Below are positions 7,950 through 16,710 of a DNA stretch of 64,000 bases, one piece after another. Made by a program: the position numbers and the translations under genes. The notes under the pieces were generated by a model. The model made no database searches and was not told the DNA's origin. It saw only the letters and a program-made list of their open reading frames with translations. Source of the stretch: Clostridia bacterium (GTDB lineage: Bacteria; Bacillota; Clostridia; Christensenellales; Maliibacteriaceae); the NCBI GenBank assembly GCA_017431145.1, contig JAFRLQ010000053.1, positions 59,710-123,709 on the forward strand, given 5' to 3'. Numbering within the stretch: the first letter of the stretch is position 1; every line of letters begins with the position of its first letter.

Positions 7950-9284
7950 ATGCCGAAACGGATGAAAAAACACAGGATGTCTTCTTTTCAGACCATCATT
8001 ACAGGTTTTGCGGTCCTGATCATAGCAGGAACGCTGCTTCTGATGCTCCCGTTATCCAGCGTAGGCCGCACACCGTCAAATCTTTCCGACGCGCTTTTCA
8101 CGGCAACATCCGCAGTCTGCGTAACGGGTCTTGTCGCGCTGCCCACAGCTGTGCACTGGTCCCTGTTCGGACAGGTCGTGATCCTGCTTCTGATCCAGGC
8201 GGGCGGCCTTGGTGTCGTGACTGTCGCCGCGTCCTTTGCCCTCATTTCCGGCAGAAAGATCAGTGTGATCCAGCGTGATACGATCCAGGAGGCGATCTCC
8301 GCGCAGAAAACATCCGGCGTAGTCCGTCTGATCGTTTTTATTCTGAAAGTCACACTTGCAGCGGAGTTCACTGGTGCTCTAATCATGATGCCCGTGTTCT
8401 GCCGCGCATACGGCGCACGCGGCATCTGGGTCTCTGTGTTTCACGCCGTGTCCGCTTTCTGCAACGCAGGCTTTGACCTGACAGGTGCCCCCGGCGCAGA
8501 ATTTGCCTCGCTGAGCGGATTCGCCGCAAATCCCGCCGTCAATCTCGTAATCATCTTTCTTATCGTATTCGGCGGAATTGGTTTCCTGACATGGGAGGAT
8601 ATCCGCACCCAGAAGTTCCGCCTGCCCCGTTACAGCATGCAGAGCAAAGTCATTCTGACGGTGACCGGCATCCTGATCACGATCCCGGCACTTCTGTTCT
8701 TCTTTCTGGAATTCCGGGATCTGCCGCTCGAGGAACGACTGCTCGCCTCCCTTTTTCAGTCCGTCACGCCGCGTACAGCAGGTTTCAACACAGAGTCTCT
8801 CAATGATATGTCTGGCGCAGGAAAACTCGTCATGATCGCACTGATGTTCATCGGCGGCGCGCCGGGCTCCACCGCGGGCGGCATGAAAGTCACGACGGCA
8901 GCCGTGTTGTTCGCAAACGCGCGCGCGGTCTTCGCAAGACATGAAGATGTACGTCTGTTTGACAGAAGGATCCCGGAACAGGCAATACGCAACGCCTCAA
9001 CGATCTTCCTTCTGGACATCGTTCTGACGGTGACCGGGGCAGCCGTCATCTCATCTTATGAAAACATTCCGTTCCAGTCGTGCCTTTATGAAGCGGTATC
9101 CGCAGTCGGCACGGTCGGTCTTTCCCTGGGGATCACACCGCATCTGCATTTTCTTTCAAGATGCGTTCTGATGTTCCTGATGTTCTTCGGAAGAGTCGGA
9201 GGACTCACTGTGATCTACGCTGCAATCTCCGGCAGAAACATCTCCGGCATGCGGTACCCGCTGGGACAAATCACAACAGGTTAA
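7950..9284 (+). CDS. trkH: TrkH/KtrB-family potassium uptake membrane subunit
   Basis: 444 aa polytopic protein with repeated selectivity-filter-like segments (CVTGL, CNAGFD, TAGF, VGLSLG). Confidence 0.85.
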   Translation: MPKRMKKHRMSSFQTIITGFAVLIIAGTLLLMLPLSSVGRTPSNLSDALFTATSAVCVTGLVALPTAVHWSLFGQVVILLLIQAGGLGVVTVAASFALISGRKISVIQRDTIQEAISAQKTSGVVRLIVFILKVTLAAEFTGALIMMPVFCRAYGARGIWVSVFHAVSAFCNAGFDLTGAPGAEFASLSGFAANPAVNLVIIFLIVFGGIGFLTWEDIRTQKFRLPRYSMQSKVILTVTGILITIPALLFFFLEFRDLPLEERLLASLFQSVTPRTAGFNTESLNDMSGAGKLVMIALMFIGGAPGSTAGGMKVTTAAVLFANARAVFARHEDVRLFDRRIPEQAIRNASTIFLLDIVLTVTGAAVISSYENIPFQSCLYEAVSAVGTVGLSLGITPHLHFLSRCVLMFLMFFGRVGGLTVIYAAISGRNISGMRYPLGQITTG

Positions 9285-9306
9285 AAGCAAGGAGGATCTT
9301 ACGGAA

Positions 9307-9954
9307 ATGAAAACGATTCTGCTGATCGGGCTCGGAAACTTCGGGCTGAACGTGGCGACGCAGCTGTTTCAGCTCGGACACCACGTCATGGGGATCGACA
9401 TTGACGAAGTGAAAGTCAACGCCGCGCTGCCCGTACTGAGCAACGCAAAGATCGGAGACGGCACGAATCCCGAATTCATGGGAAGCCTCGGCATCGACAA
9501 TTACGATCTGTGCATCGTCTCTACCGGCGGAGACTTTCAGAACTCGCTGGAGACGACCTCTCTTTTAAAGGAATTCGGCGCAAAAAAGGTAATCTCCCGC
9601 GCAGACAGGGACGTTCAGATGAAGTTCCTTCTGAGAAACGGAGCGGATGAGGTCGTCTATCCGGAAAAACAGGTCGCCAGATGGACCGCCGTGCGTTACA
9701 CCGCGGATCATATCCTGGACTATATCGAGCTGGGTGACGACTATTCGATCTTTGAGGTCTCTGTACCGAAATCCTGGATCGGCATGACGGTGGGACAGCT
9801 GGATATACGCAAAAAATACGGTCTCAATATCATGGCGGTCAGGCAGCAGGGCAAAATCAACGTCGCCGTCACGCCGACGACGGTCCTGTCCGCGGACAAG
9901 TCCCTGCTTGTGCTCGGTGAATACAAGGCCGTCCAGCGGTGCTTCAAGATCTGA
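9307..9954 (+). CDS. trkA: TrkA/KtrA-family RCK regulatory subunit
   Basis: 215 aa. N-terminal Rossmann motif ILLIGLGNFG and a C-terminal RCK_C-like part. Sits 22 nt after trkH. Confidence 0.85.
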   Translation: MKTILLIGLGNFGLNVATQLFQLGHHVMGIDIDEVKVNAALPVLSNAKIGDGTNPEFMGSLGIDNYDLCIVSTGGDFQNSLETTSLLKEFGAKKVISRADRDVQMKFLLRNGADEVVYPEKQVARWTAVRYTADHILDYIELGDDYSIFEVSVPKSWIGMTVGQLDIRKKYGLNIMAVRQQGKINVAVTPTTVLSADKSLLVLGEYKAVQRCFKI

Positions 9955-9989
9955 GCACCTGACGCAAACCGGAGAAAAGACATGAGGAA

Positions 9990-10304
9990 GTGACAGACAT
10001 GACAGACTGGATGCTGGCCATACTGATCGTTCTTCTGATGCTGGGCGAATTCGTCTTCGGCTTTTTTGTGATACGCCGGGTCGACAGATTCCTCAGAAAA
10101 AACGCCGAACAAACCAAAACGCCCTCCATCCCCGATACCGGAGTCCTCAGCGGACACGCGGACGAGGGCGAGATCCTGCAGGCGCTGCGGCAATATAAGG
10201 ATCACCGGGATACGATACGTGTTATGATATATGATGTAAAAAGCGGCGAAGTATTATGGGATAACGGAGGACGCGGATCTCATGCAGCAGACGAGCGACA
10301 ATAA
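9990..10304 (+). CDS. Hypothetical small single-pass membrane protein
   Basis: 104 aa. One hydrophobic helix (WMLAILIVLLMLGEFVFGFFVI). Sits between trkA and kdpD and overlaps the kdpD start by 23 nt. No recognisable family. Confidence 0.4.
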   Translation: MTDMTDWMLAILIVLLMLGEFVFGFFVIRRVDRFLRKNAEQTKTPSIPDTGVLSGHADEGEILQALRQYKDHRDTIRVMIYDVKSGEVLWDNGGRGSHAADERQ

Positions 10305-12303
10305 ACAGAACATGCAGAACGTCTCCGAGCAGGAGCACGTCCTTGTCTGTCTGTCCGCTTCTCCCACGAACGTGCGGATCGTACGTGCCGCCGCCAATAT
10401 GGCCCAGGCCTACGGCGCGCAGTTCACCGCCGTATACGTCAGGCGTCCGTCCGAGCAGTACACGGAATCGGACAGACGGAATCTGGAAGCGCACATTTCC
10501 CTGGCCGAGCATCTCGGCGCGGACGTTGTAACGCTTTACGGAGAAGACATCTCCGAGCAGATCGCCGCGTTTGCGCGCATGGCAGGCGTCACGCAGATCA
10601 TGATCGGCAAAAGCAAAAACAGACTTCCGTTCCCTTTCCGCGGGACCGACCTCACCGAGCGGCTCATCGAGAGCGTTCCGAACATGGAAGTCCATATCCT
10701 CCCGGACGCCTCCTATACAAGACGCTATCAGTATTTCGGCACGAGCCGGGCGCTTCTGCGCAACATCGTGTTCCGTCCCGTCGATCTGCTGATCACTGTG
10801 CTGATTCTCACGGCCGTCACGCTGATCGGGCTTCTGTTCCGGAGCCTCGGATTCACGGAATCCAACATGATCACGATCTATATCCTGGGCGTCCTTCTGA
10901 CGGCGCTGTTCACCAAGGGGTATGTGTTCAGCACGCTCAGTGCGGTCATGAGCGTTATCCTGTTCAATTTTTTCCTGACAGAACCAAGATTCACATTCCA
11001 CGTATACGGAACCGGATATCCCGTAACGTTCGCGATTATGCTGATTGCCTCCATGATCACCGGTACGCTCGCGGCGCGGCTGAAGGATCACGCAAAGATC
11101 TCCGCACAGTCTGCCTACCGGACGAAAGTCATGTTCGACACGAACCAGTTCCTGCAGCAGGCGGAAAGCGAGCATGAGATCATCGAAATCGCCGCAAGCC
11201 AGATCATGAAGCTTCTGGACCGGGATGTGATCGCATACGGAGAAAAGGACGGCCGGATGCTTCCACCCAGTCTTTTCCCCGTCATGGAAAACTCGAAACT
11301 TGACGATCTTCTGACGGAAGACGAAGAACTTGTGGCGCAGTGGACATTCGAAAACAGGAAACGCGCCGGAGCTTCGACCGCCCATTCCGGAAATGCGAAG
11401 GGGCTTTATCTTGCGATCCGCAGGGCACAGAGCGTTTACGGCGTGATCGGCATCGCGCTGGGCGACGACTCCATTGAACCCATGGAGTCCAGCATGGTGC
11501 TGTCGATCATGGGAGAATGTGCACTTGCCATAGACAACATGCGTAACGCCATAGAAAAGGAAGCCGCCGCCGTCGTCGCCAAAAACGAACAGCTGCGCGC
11601 GGATCTTCTGCGGACAATCTCCCACGACCTGCGCACGCCTCTTACGACGATCTCAGGAAATGCGGATAATCTGCTCACCAATTACGACGCACTGGATGAC
11701 GAAACGCGTCAGCAGGTATTTACAGACATCTATGAGGATGCGCAGTGGCTCAACAGTCTCGTGGAGAATCTCCTTTCCGTTTCCCGGATCGAAGACGGTA
11801 CCATGAATCTCAATCTGTCCACGCAGCTGATCGACGAGGTGATCGACGAGGCGCTGCAGCACGTGAACCGGAAACACGATCTGCACAGGATCGTTGTAGA
11901 GTCCTCCCAGGAGATGCTGATGGCGAAAATGGATGCGCGTCTGATCGTTCAGGTCCTGATCAATCTTATCGGAAACGCGCTCAAGTATACGCCGAATGAA
12001 AGCCGTATCCGGATCTGGTCGGAAGAGATCGACGATATGATCCACATCCATGTCGCCGATGAAGGCCCCGGCATTCCGGACGAGGAGAAAACACGTATCT
12101 TTGAGATGTTCTATACAGGCGGGAACAGGATCGCAGACAGCAGGCGGAGCCTCGGTCTCGGACTTGCGCTGTGCCGTTCCATCATCACTGCGCATCAGGG
12201 AAAGATCTGGGTGACAGATAACGATCCCAGGGGCAGCGTTTTCACCTTTACGCTTCCTACGGACAGGATCCCTCTGACGCTGCCGAACATTATGGAATCA
12301 TAA
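10282..12303 (+). CDS. kdpD: KdpD-like sensor histidine kinase lacking the N-terminal KdpD sensor domain (USP + membrane DUF4118-like + HisKA + HATPase)
   Basis: 673 aa. It starts directly with a USP-like domain (VLVCLSASPTNVRIV...FTAVYV). Then 3-4 TM helices, the H-box SHDLRTPLTTI, and the N/G boxes (NLIGNALKYTP, DEGPGIP, GLGLALC). Confidence 0.8.
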   Translation: MQQTSDNKQNMQNVSEQEHVLVCLSASPTNVRIVRAAANMAQAYGAQFTAVYVRRPSEQYTESDRRNLEAHISLAEHLGADVVTLYGEDISEQIAAFARMAGVTQIMIGKSKNRLPFPFRGTDLTERLIESVPNMEVHILPDASYTRRYQYFGTSRALLRNIVFRPVDLLITVLILTAVTLIGLLFRSLGFTESNMITIYILGVLLTALFTKGYVFSTLSAVMSVILFNFFLTEPRFTFHVYGTGYPVTFAIMLIASMITGTLAARLKDHAKISAQSAYRTKVMFDTNQFLQQAESEHEIIEIAASQIMKLLDRDVIAYGEKDGRMLPPSLFPVMENSKLDDLLTEDEELVAQWTFENRKRAGASTAHSGNAKGLYLAIRRAQSVYGVIGIALGDDSIEPMESSMVLSIMGECALAIDNMRNAIEKEAAAVVAKNEQLRADLLRTISHDLRTPLTTISGNADNLLTNYDALDDETRQQVFTDIYEDAQWLNSLVENLLSVSRIEDGTMNLNLSTQLIDEVIDEALQHVNRKHDLHRIVVESSQEMLMAKMDARLIVQVLINLIGNALKYTPNESRIRIWSEEIDDMIHIHVADEGPGIPDEEKTRIFEMFYTGGNRIADSRRSLGLGLALCRSIITAHQGKIWVTDNDPRGSVFTFTLPTDRIPLTLPNIMES

Positions 12304-12318
12304 GAGAGGCGAAGAAAC

Positions 12319-13023
12319 ATGGCAAACAAACCAATGATCCTTGTCGTCGAAGATGATACGCCGGTCAGGAATCTGATCACAACGACGCTCAAGGCACATG
12401 AATACAGATATATCACCGCGGAAAACGGCGAGCAGGCCGTGATGGAAGCTTCCACGCACAACCCGGAGATCATCCTGCTTGATCTCGGTCTTCCGGATAT
12501 GGACGGTGTCGAAGTCATACGGATCATCCGCACATGGTCCATGACACCCATTATCGTGATCAGCGCCCGCAGTGAAGACGCAGATAAGATCGAAGCACTT
12601 GACAGCGGTGCGGATGATTATCTGACGAAACCGTTTTCCGTCGAGGAGCTTCTGGCGCGTCTGCGCGTCACGCAAAGAAGGCTTTCCATCATGCAGGCCG
12701 GCGCAGCAAGCGAAAGCCCCGTCTTTACAAACGGACAGCTGCGGATCGAATATGCCGCAGGCTGCGCTTATCTGGGAAACGAAGAACTGCACCTGACCCC
12801 GATCGAATACAGGATCCTCTGCCTTCTGGCAAAAAACGTGGGAAAAGTCCTGACACACCGGTATATCACACAGCAAGTCTGGGGAAGCAGCTGGGACAAC
12901 GATGTCGCTTCACTGCGCGTGTTTATGGCAACCCTCAGAAAGAAAATAGAGTCTCAGAAAGACTCGCCGCAATACATCCAGACGCATATCGGGATCGGTT
13001 ATCGCATGATGCGCGTGGACTGA
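12319..13023 (+). CDS. kdpE: OmpR-family response regulator (KdpE-like)
   Basis: 234 aa. Receiver domain (ILVVEDD, ILLDLGLPDMDG) plus a winged-helix output (LTPIEYRILCLL...GIGYRM). Confidence 0.85.
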   Translation: MANKPMILVVEDDTPVRNLITTTLKAHEYRYITAENGEQAVMEASTHNPEIILLDLGLPDMDGVEVIRIIRTWSMTPIIVISARSEDADKIEALDSGADDYLTKPFSVEELLARLRVTQRRLSIMQAGAASESPVFTNGQLRIEYAAGCAYLGNEELHLTPIEYRILCLLAKNVGKVLTHRYITQQVWGSSWDNDVASLRVFMATLRKKIESQKDSPQYIQTHIGIGYRMMRVD

Positions 13024-13055
13024 CGGTAAGAACCCCTGTCCGTAGTCCAAAAAAA

Positions 13056-13090
13056 GCCGCCTGTGCAGGTTTTCTATCTGCACAGGCGGT
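13056..13090. terminator. Bidirectional intrinsic terminator (kdpE / NUDIX gene)
   Basis: GCCGCCTGTGCAG-N9-CTGCACAGGCGGT. The minus-strand reading is followed by TTTTTTT; the plus-strand reading has a T-run 6 nt downstream. Confidence 0.75.
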
Positions 13091-13105
13091 CTCTCATTTT
13101 TGTTC

Positions 13106-13771
13106 TCATTCCGCTTTCCACAGATCCGACACGAACCAGACAAGCGCTGCCCACGTGTACACAGAATACGGGATCCCGTTCGCATCGCAGCCGTCCGCCA
13201 GCACTTTCCGCGCCTCCTCGCGCGTCAGCAGTGCGAAACCGTCAAAATGCTCCGTCTCCTCCGCTCCGTCCTGGGAAAGCTCAGACAGATCCTTTGCACG
13301 GATCACAGCGCATACCAGCGCATTGCTTTCATCCGACATTCCCGGTGTGCTGAAAACCAGAGGATTGACGACCCGTACGCTGTCTGTGTCGCGGATCACA
13401 ATGCCGGTCTCTTCACGGATCTCTCTGCGCGCTGTATGAAGAAGCGCTTCCTCGCCGATACCGTCGTCCGGATCGATCAGTCCCGCCGGGGGACTCAGAA
13501 GATATCTTCCCGCCGGATACCGGAATTCATAGGAAAGAAGCAGTCTCGGTTCCTCGTTTTCTGTTTCAATGATCACGATGCAGGTCACGGCGTCCGCATA
13601 GACACTGCGGAATTCTTCCGCGTTCTTGACTGCGATCAGTCTGTCCATCGGACGTCTGGACACGTCGTAATAGTGTCTTCCCTCCTCATACTGCAGATCG
13701 TAGACACGGATATACTTTGTTTCCAACAGTTGTTTGACACACTCCCGTGTGATCTTCGGCGTTTTCGTCAT
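13106..13771 (-). CDS. NUDIX hydrolase
   Basis: 221 aa. Nudix box GLIDPDDGIGEEALLHTARREIREETGIV. Confidence 0.85.
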   Translation of the reverse strand: MTKTPKITRECVKQLLETKYIRVYDLQYEEGRHYYDVSRRPMDRLIAVKNAEEFRSVYADAVTCIVIIETENEEPRLLLSYEFRYPAGRYLLSPPAGLIDPDDGIGEEALLHTARREIREETGIVIRDTDSVRVVNPLVFSTPGMSDESNALVCAVIRAKDLSELSQDGAEETEHFDGFALLTREEARKVLADGCDANGIPYSVYTWAALVWFVSDLWKAE

Positions 13772-13784
13772 CGTCTGTCAGTCC

Positions 13785-14657
13785 TCAAAACACATAAGCG
13801 GACTCATCTTCCTCCGGAACCGGCAGATTCGCCTGCTCCGCTTCTTCGCGTTCACGCTCCTGCCTGATCATTGCGCTGCGCTGCATGAGCCGTACGCTGG
13901 CAAACATGACCACAAGGATCGCGCTGATCAGAAGAAAGATGACATTCCCAAGAAGAAGGCAGCTGCCGCCCGTAAAGCGCACGCTTCCCTTCAGCACCGT
14001 ATTGATCCAGTGCGGATAATCCGGGTCCATTTTGATGCAACCCAGCACAAGTCCCGCCATGATGTGGAACGATGCGTTCGCAAGGATCGATGTGATGAGA
14101 TTCCCCGTCACTTCCATCAGAAGGGTCATCAGAATGCTGAAGCACAGCACGCTCGCGACCGGTATAATCCCTTCGTTCCAGGCAAATCCGGCACACCACA
14201 GATACAGGATCGTCGTGACCCCGAAAGCCGCCATCGCATTGTGTCTTCCCTTGATCAGCTGATAGACATACCCTCTGAAGAGCATCTCCTGCGTCGTTGA
14301 ATGGATCAGGATCGCAAGCGCCCACCACCAGAACTTTGTCATTTCCGTAACGCCCTGAAAGGCCAGGCGTTCCATCAGAAAAAGAACCAGCACCGCCACG
14401 CCGACCCACGCGGCGCCGAAGAACGATCCGGTGATCATGCCTCCGGGCAGATTCCGGAGAAGCGGCATCGTCATATCATGTCTGTCGATGATCGAAAAAC
14501 CGATCGTCAGCACGACGACGCAGATCAAAAGGGGCAGTTCCGCCCATATCCTGTTCATCACAGGATCTTCTCTCGTCATACTGAAAAAACCTGCGAACAG
14601 GACCCAGACCAGGTAAAACGCGGCGACCCGGATCACTGTTCCCAACACACGTCTCAT
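13785..14657 (-). CDS. CPBP-family (CAAX-type) intramembrane metalloprotease
   Basis: 290 aa polytopic protein with TQEMLFRGY (EExxxR-type) and NASFHIMAG (FxxxH-type) motifs. Confidence 0.7.
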   Translation of the reverse strand: MRRVLGTVIRVAAFYLVWVLFAGFFSMTREDPVMNRIWAELPLLICVVVLTIGFSIIDRHDMTMPLLRNLPGGMITGSFFGAAWVGVAVLVLFLMERLAFQGVTEMTKFWWWALAILIHSTTQEMLFRGYVYQLIKGRHNAMAAFGVTTILYLWCAGFAWNEGIIPVASVLCFSILMTLLMEVTGNLITSILANASFHIMAGLVLGCIKMDPDYPHWINTVLKGSVRFTGGSCLLLGNVIFLLISAILVVMFASVRLMQRSAMIRQEREREEAEQANLPVPEEDESAYVF

Positions 14658-14834
14658 GAACGCTTTCCTACCTCTCTGAGAATGCGGACATATCCCTTTT
14701 TGTCTTATCCGCGTTCATTCCGCGAACAGGATCCGCATTCTGTCTTTGTAAACATTTTCCGACAAACAGGCGCTCTTTTCAAGACTCAGGCACGGATTTT
14801 CCGTTTCCCGGTCTCTTTTTTGCCTCTGTCATTC

Positions 14835-15416
14835 TTATGCGTTGAGGATCAGATCCTCCAGCTTGCGTTTCGGCACATAGTGCACGTCCGACTCGTCACG
14901 GTAGAACGGAAGATTGTCCGCCGTCGCGTCCACCAGCCGGATCTCCTCATCCGGTTTGCCCAGCGCGATCACGAGACGGGGCTCCACAGATGCAGGCGTG
15001 CCCATGATCCCGATGATCTTTTCCCTGTTGAAAAGGCCGATCATCAGTCCCCCAAGGCCGCGTTCCGCCGCTGCGAGAAGGATCGTCTGCGCCGCGATCC
15101 CGACTTCGAAAAACGTGGATGATGTATTCGCGCTGATCTGCATATCCTGGCAGATCACGATGAACGCGGTCGGGTGCTTTCCTTCATGCGGCAGCCCCGC
15201 ACGCAGGGACGGCGCAAACTGCGTGATGGAGAGTATCTCCTCGACCGCCTCCTTTTCCCATGCCAGATAATACTTCAGCGGCTGCCTGTTCCCTGCCGAC
15301 GCGGAAAGCCGGACAAGCTCAACCAGTTCTTCAAGATCCTTCCGTGTCAGCGTGACGCTTTCGTCATAGCCGCGGTAGCTCCTGTTCTTCAGGAGCAGCT
15401 CTCTCAGTTCTTTCAT
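14835..15416 (-). CDS. Nitroreductase-family flavoprotein
   Basis: 193 aa. LLKNRSYRGY N-terminal motif and nitroreductase-like core. Confidence 0.8.
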   Translation of the reverse strand: MKELRELLLKNRSYRGYDESVTLTRKDLEELVELVRLSASAGNRQPLKYYLAWEKEAVEEILSITQFAPSLRAGLPHEGKHPTAFIVICQDMQISANTSSTFFEVGIAAQTILLAAAERGLGGLMIGLFNREKIIGIMGTPASVEPRLVIALGKPDEEIRLVDATADNLPFYRDESDVHYVPKRKLEDLILNA

Positions 15417-15438
15417 TCTTTTCTCCTTTTGAAAAAGA

Positions 15439-15475
15439 ACAGACAGAGCGGCGGCAGTGCCGTGTCTCTGTCTGT
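15439..15475 (-). terminator. Intrinsic terminator downstream of the XRE-family gene
   Basis: 10-bp stem ACAGACAGAG / CTCTGTCTGT, followed on the minus strand by TCTTTTTC. Confidence 0.7.
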
Positions 15476-15491
15476 CATTCTTCTGTATGGA

Positions 15492-15911
15492 TTATTTGAG
15501 ATTCGAGATCAGACCGCCGAGGATGTTCGTGATCAGATCCGAGTTGTCATTGCCGTCATTCTTCAGCAGCTTGACAACTTTCTTCTTCGTGTCCTTGTCC
15601 GCGTCACGATACAGCTGGAGAAGTTCTTTCTCCGACTCCGTGACCTTGATCGACACCGTCTTCTTTTCCTCGGCAGTTGTTGTCAGACCGCCGGTCAGCG
15701 CACCGATCGCCGTGTTGAGAAGCGACGTTCCGGTCGCACCCGCGATCGCCTGGATCAGCGCGGAGCTCAGATCTTTCTGCCCGCGTTCCGCTTTGCTGAT
15801 ATCGCTTGCCGTCAGTCCTCCGACCTGCCTTGCCAGCTCTGCCTGTGTCATGCCCGCGTCGGTACGCGCCTTTTTGATCAGCTCGCCGATGCTTTTCTCT
15901 TTCGTTGCCAT
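15492..15911 (-). CDS. XRE-family helix-turn-helix protein
   Basis: 139 aa. IGELIKKARTDAGMTQAELARQVG HTH, and a Gly/Thr-rich then Lys-rich C-terminal part. Confidence 0.75.
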   Translation of the reverse strand: MATKEKSIGELIKKARTDAGMTQAELARQVGGLTASDISKAERGQKDLSSALIQAIAGATGTSLLNTAIGALTGGLTTTAEEKKTVSIKVTESEKELLQLYRDADKDTKKKVVKLLKNDGNDNSDLITNILGGLISNLK

Positions 15912-15987
15912 AATTCTATCCGCTCCTGTTCGTTTTTTTCAGCGTATCACAAACGACCGTCTTCTGACAAGAATTCCCTGTCTCCCG

Positions 15988-16710
15988 TCAGACTTCCACG
16001 TTCATTTTCTCAAATTCGTCCAGCCGGATTCTGTAGCAGGCCTCCGCATCCTCTTCAAACGCCACTGTTGGCTGTGCCACTCCCAGGAGTTTCATGATGT
16101 AGCGCGTGAACGGCGGATTCATGATCATGATCGGTCCCAGCACATTGGTCCCGATAAAGTTCTTCCTCCGCAATCCCTCTTTTTTGCTTTCGGGATTGAT
16201 CCCGCATCCCTTTTCCACATCAAAAACGTAGCTGTTCCCGTTATCGCCGTACATCTGCGTGAACTGGGACTTGAACCCGACAATGCGAATCGTCTCATCC
16301 CCGTCCTTCATCGTTCCGGAGAACGGCGTATTGAACCGGTCCATCATTTTCCGCTTCGCGTATGCGTCAAAGAGCCCGAGGCACTGGATCTTCGATCCGT
16401 CGTCATTCTCGATATAGCTGCCGAAGATCTCCTGTGCGTTCCCTGTTGCGAGGATCACGGTCCCCTTGTCGATCACCTCTTCCAGTCGTTCCTTCAGGGG
16501 CATCAGTTTTTCTATCGCGATCTCCTGCGCGTATTCCGGCAGAGGGCCGATGTAGATCATGTCCACATCCTCCTGCGCAAAGCGCGGCGTCTCGTTCAGA
16601 TGGGTCTCGATATAGTCCGCGTCAGGCAGACACTGTTTCAGATAGTTCATATTGAACAGATCGCCGAACAGATTTCCGACTTCCGGATATAGAATCTCGA
16701 TTTTACGCAT
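15988..16710 (-). CDS. GatD-like (CobQ-type glutamine amidotransferase fold) protein; catalytic Cys and His appear substituted
   Basis: 240 aa. Overlaps the upstream MurT-like gene by 8 nt. Aligns by eye to GatD (DMIYIG..., KKEGLRRKNFIGTNVLGPI). It has LATGNAQ where GatD has ICGGYQ, and NVLGP where GatD has YLHGP. Confidence 0.75.
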   Translation of the reverse strand: MRKIEILYPEVGNLFGDLFNMNYLKQCLPDADYIETHLNETPRFAQEDVDMIYIGPLPEYAQEIAIEKLMPLKERLEEVIDKGTVILATGNAQEIFGSYIENDDGSKIQCLGLFDAYAKRKMMDRFNTPFSGTMKDGDETIRIVGFKSQFTQMYGDNGNSYVFDVEKGCGINPESKKEGLRRKNFIGTNVLGPIMIMNPPFTRYIMKLLGVAQPTVAFEEDAEACYRIRLDEFEKMNVEV

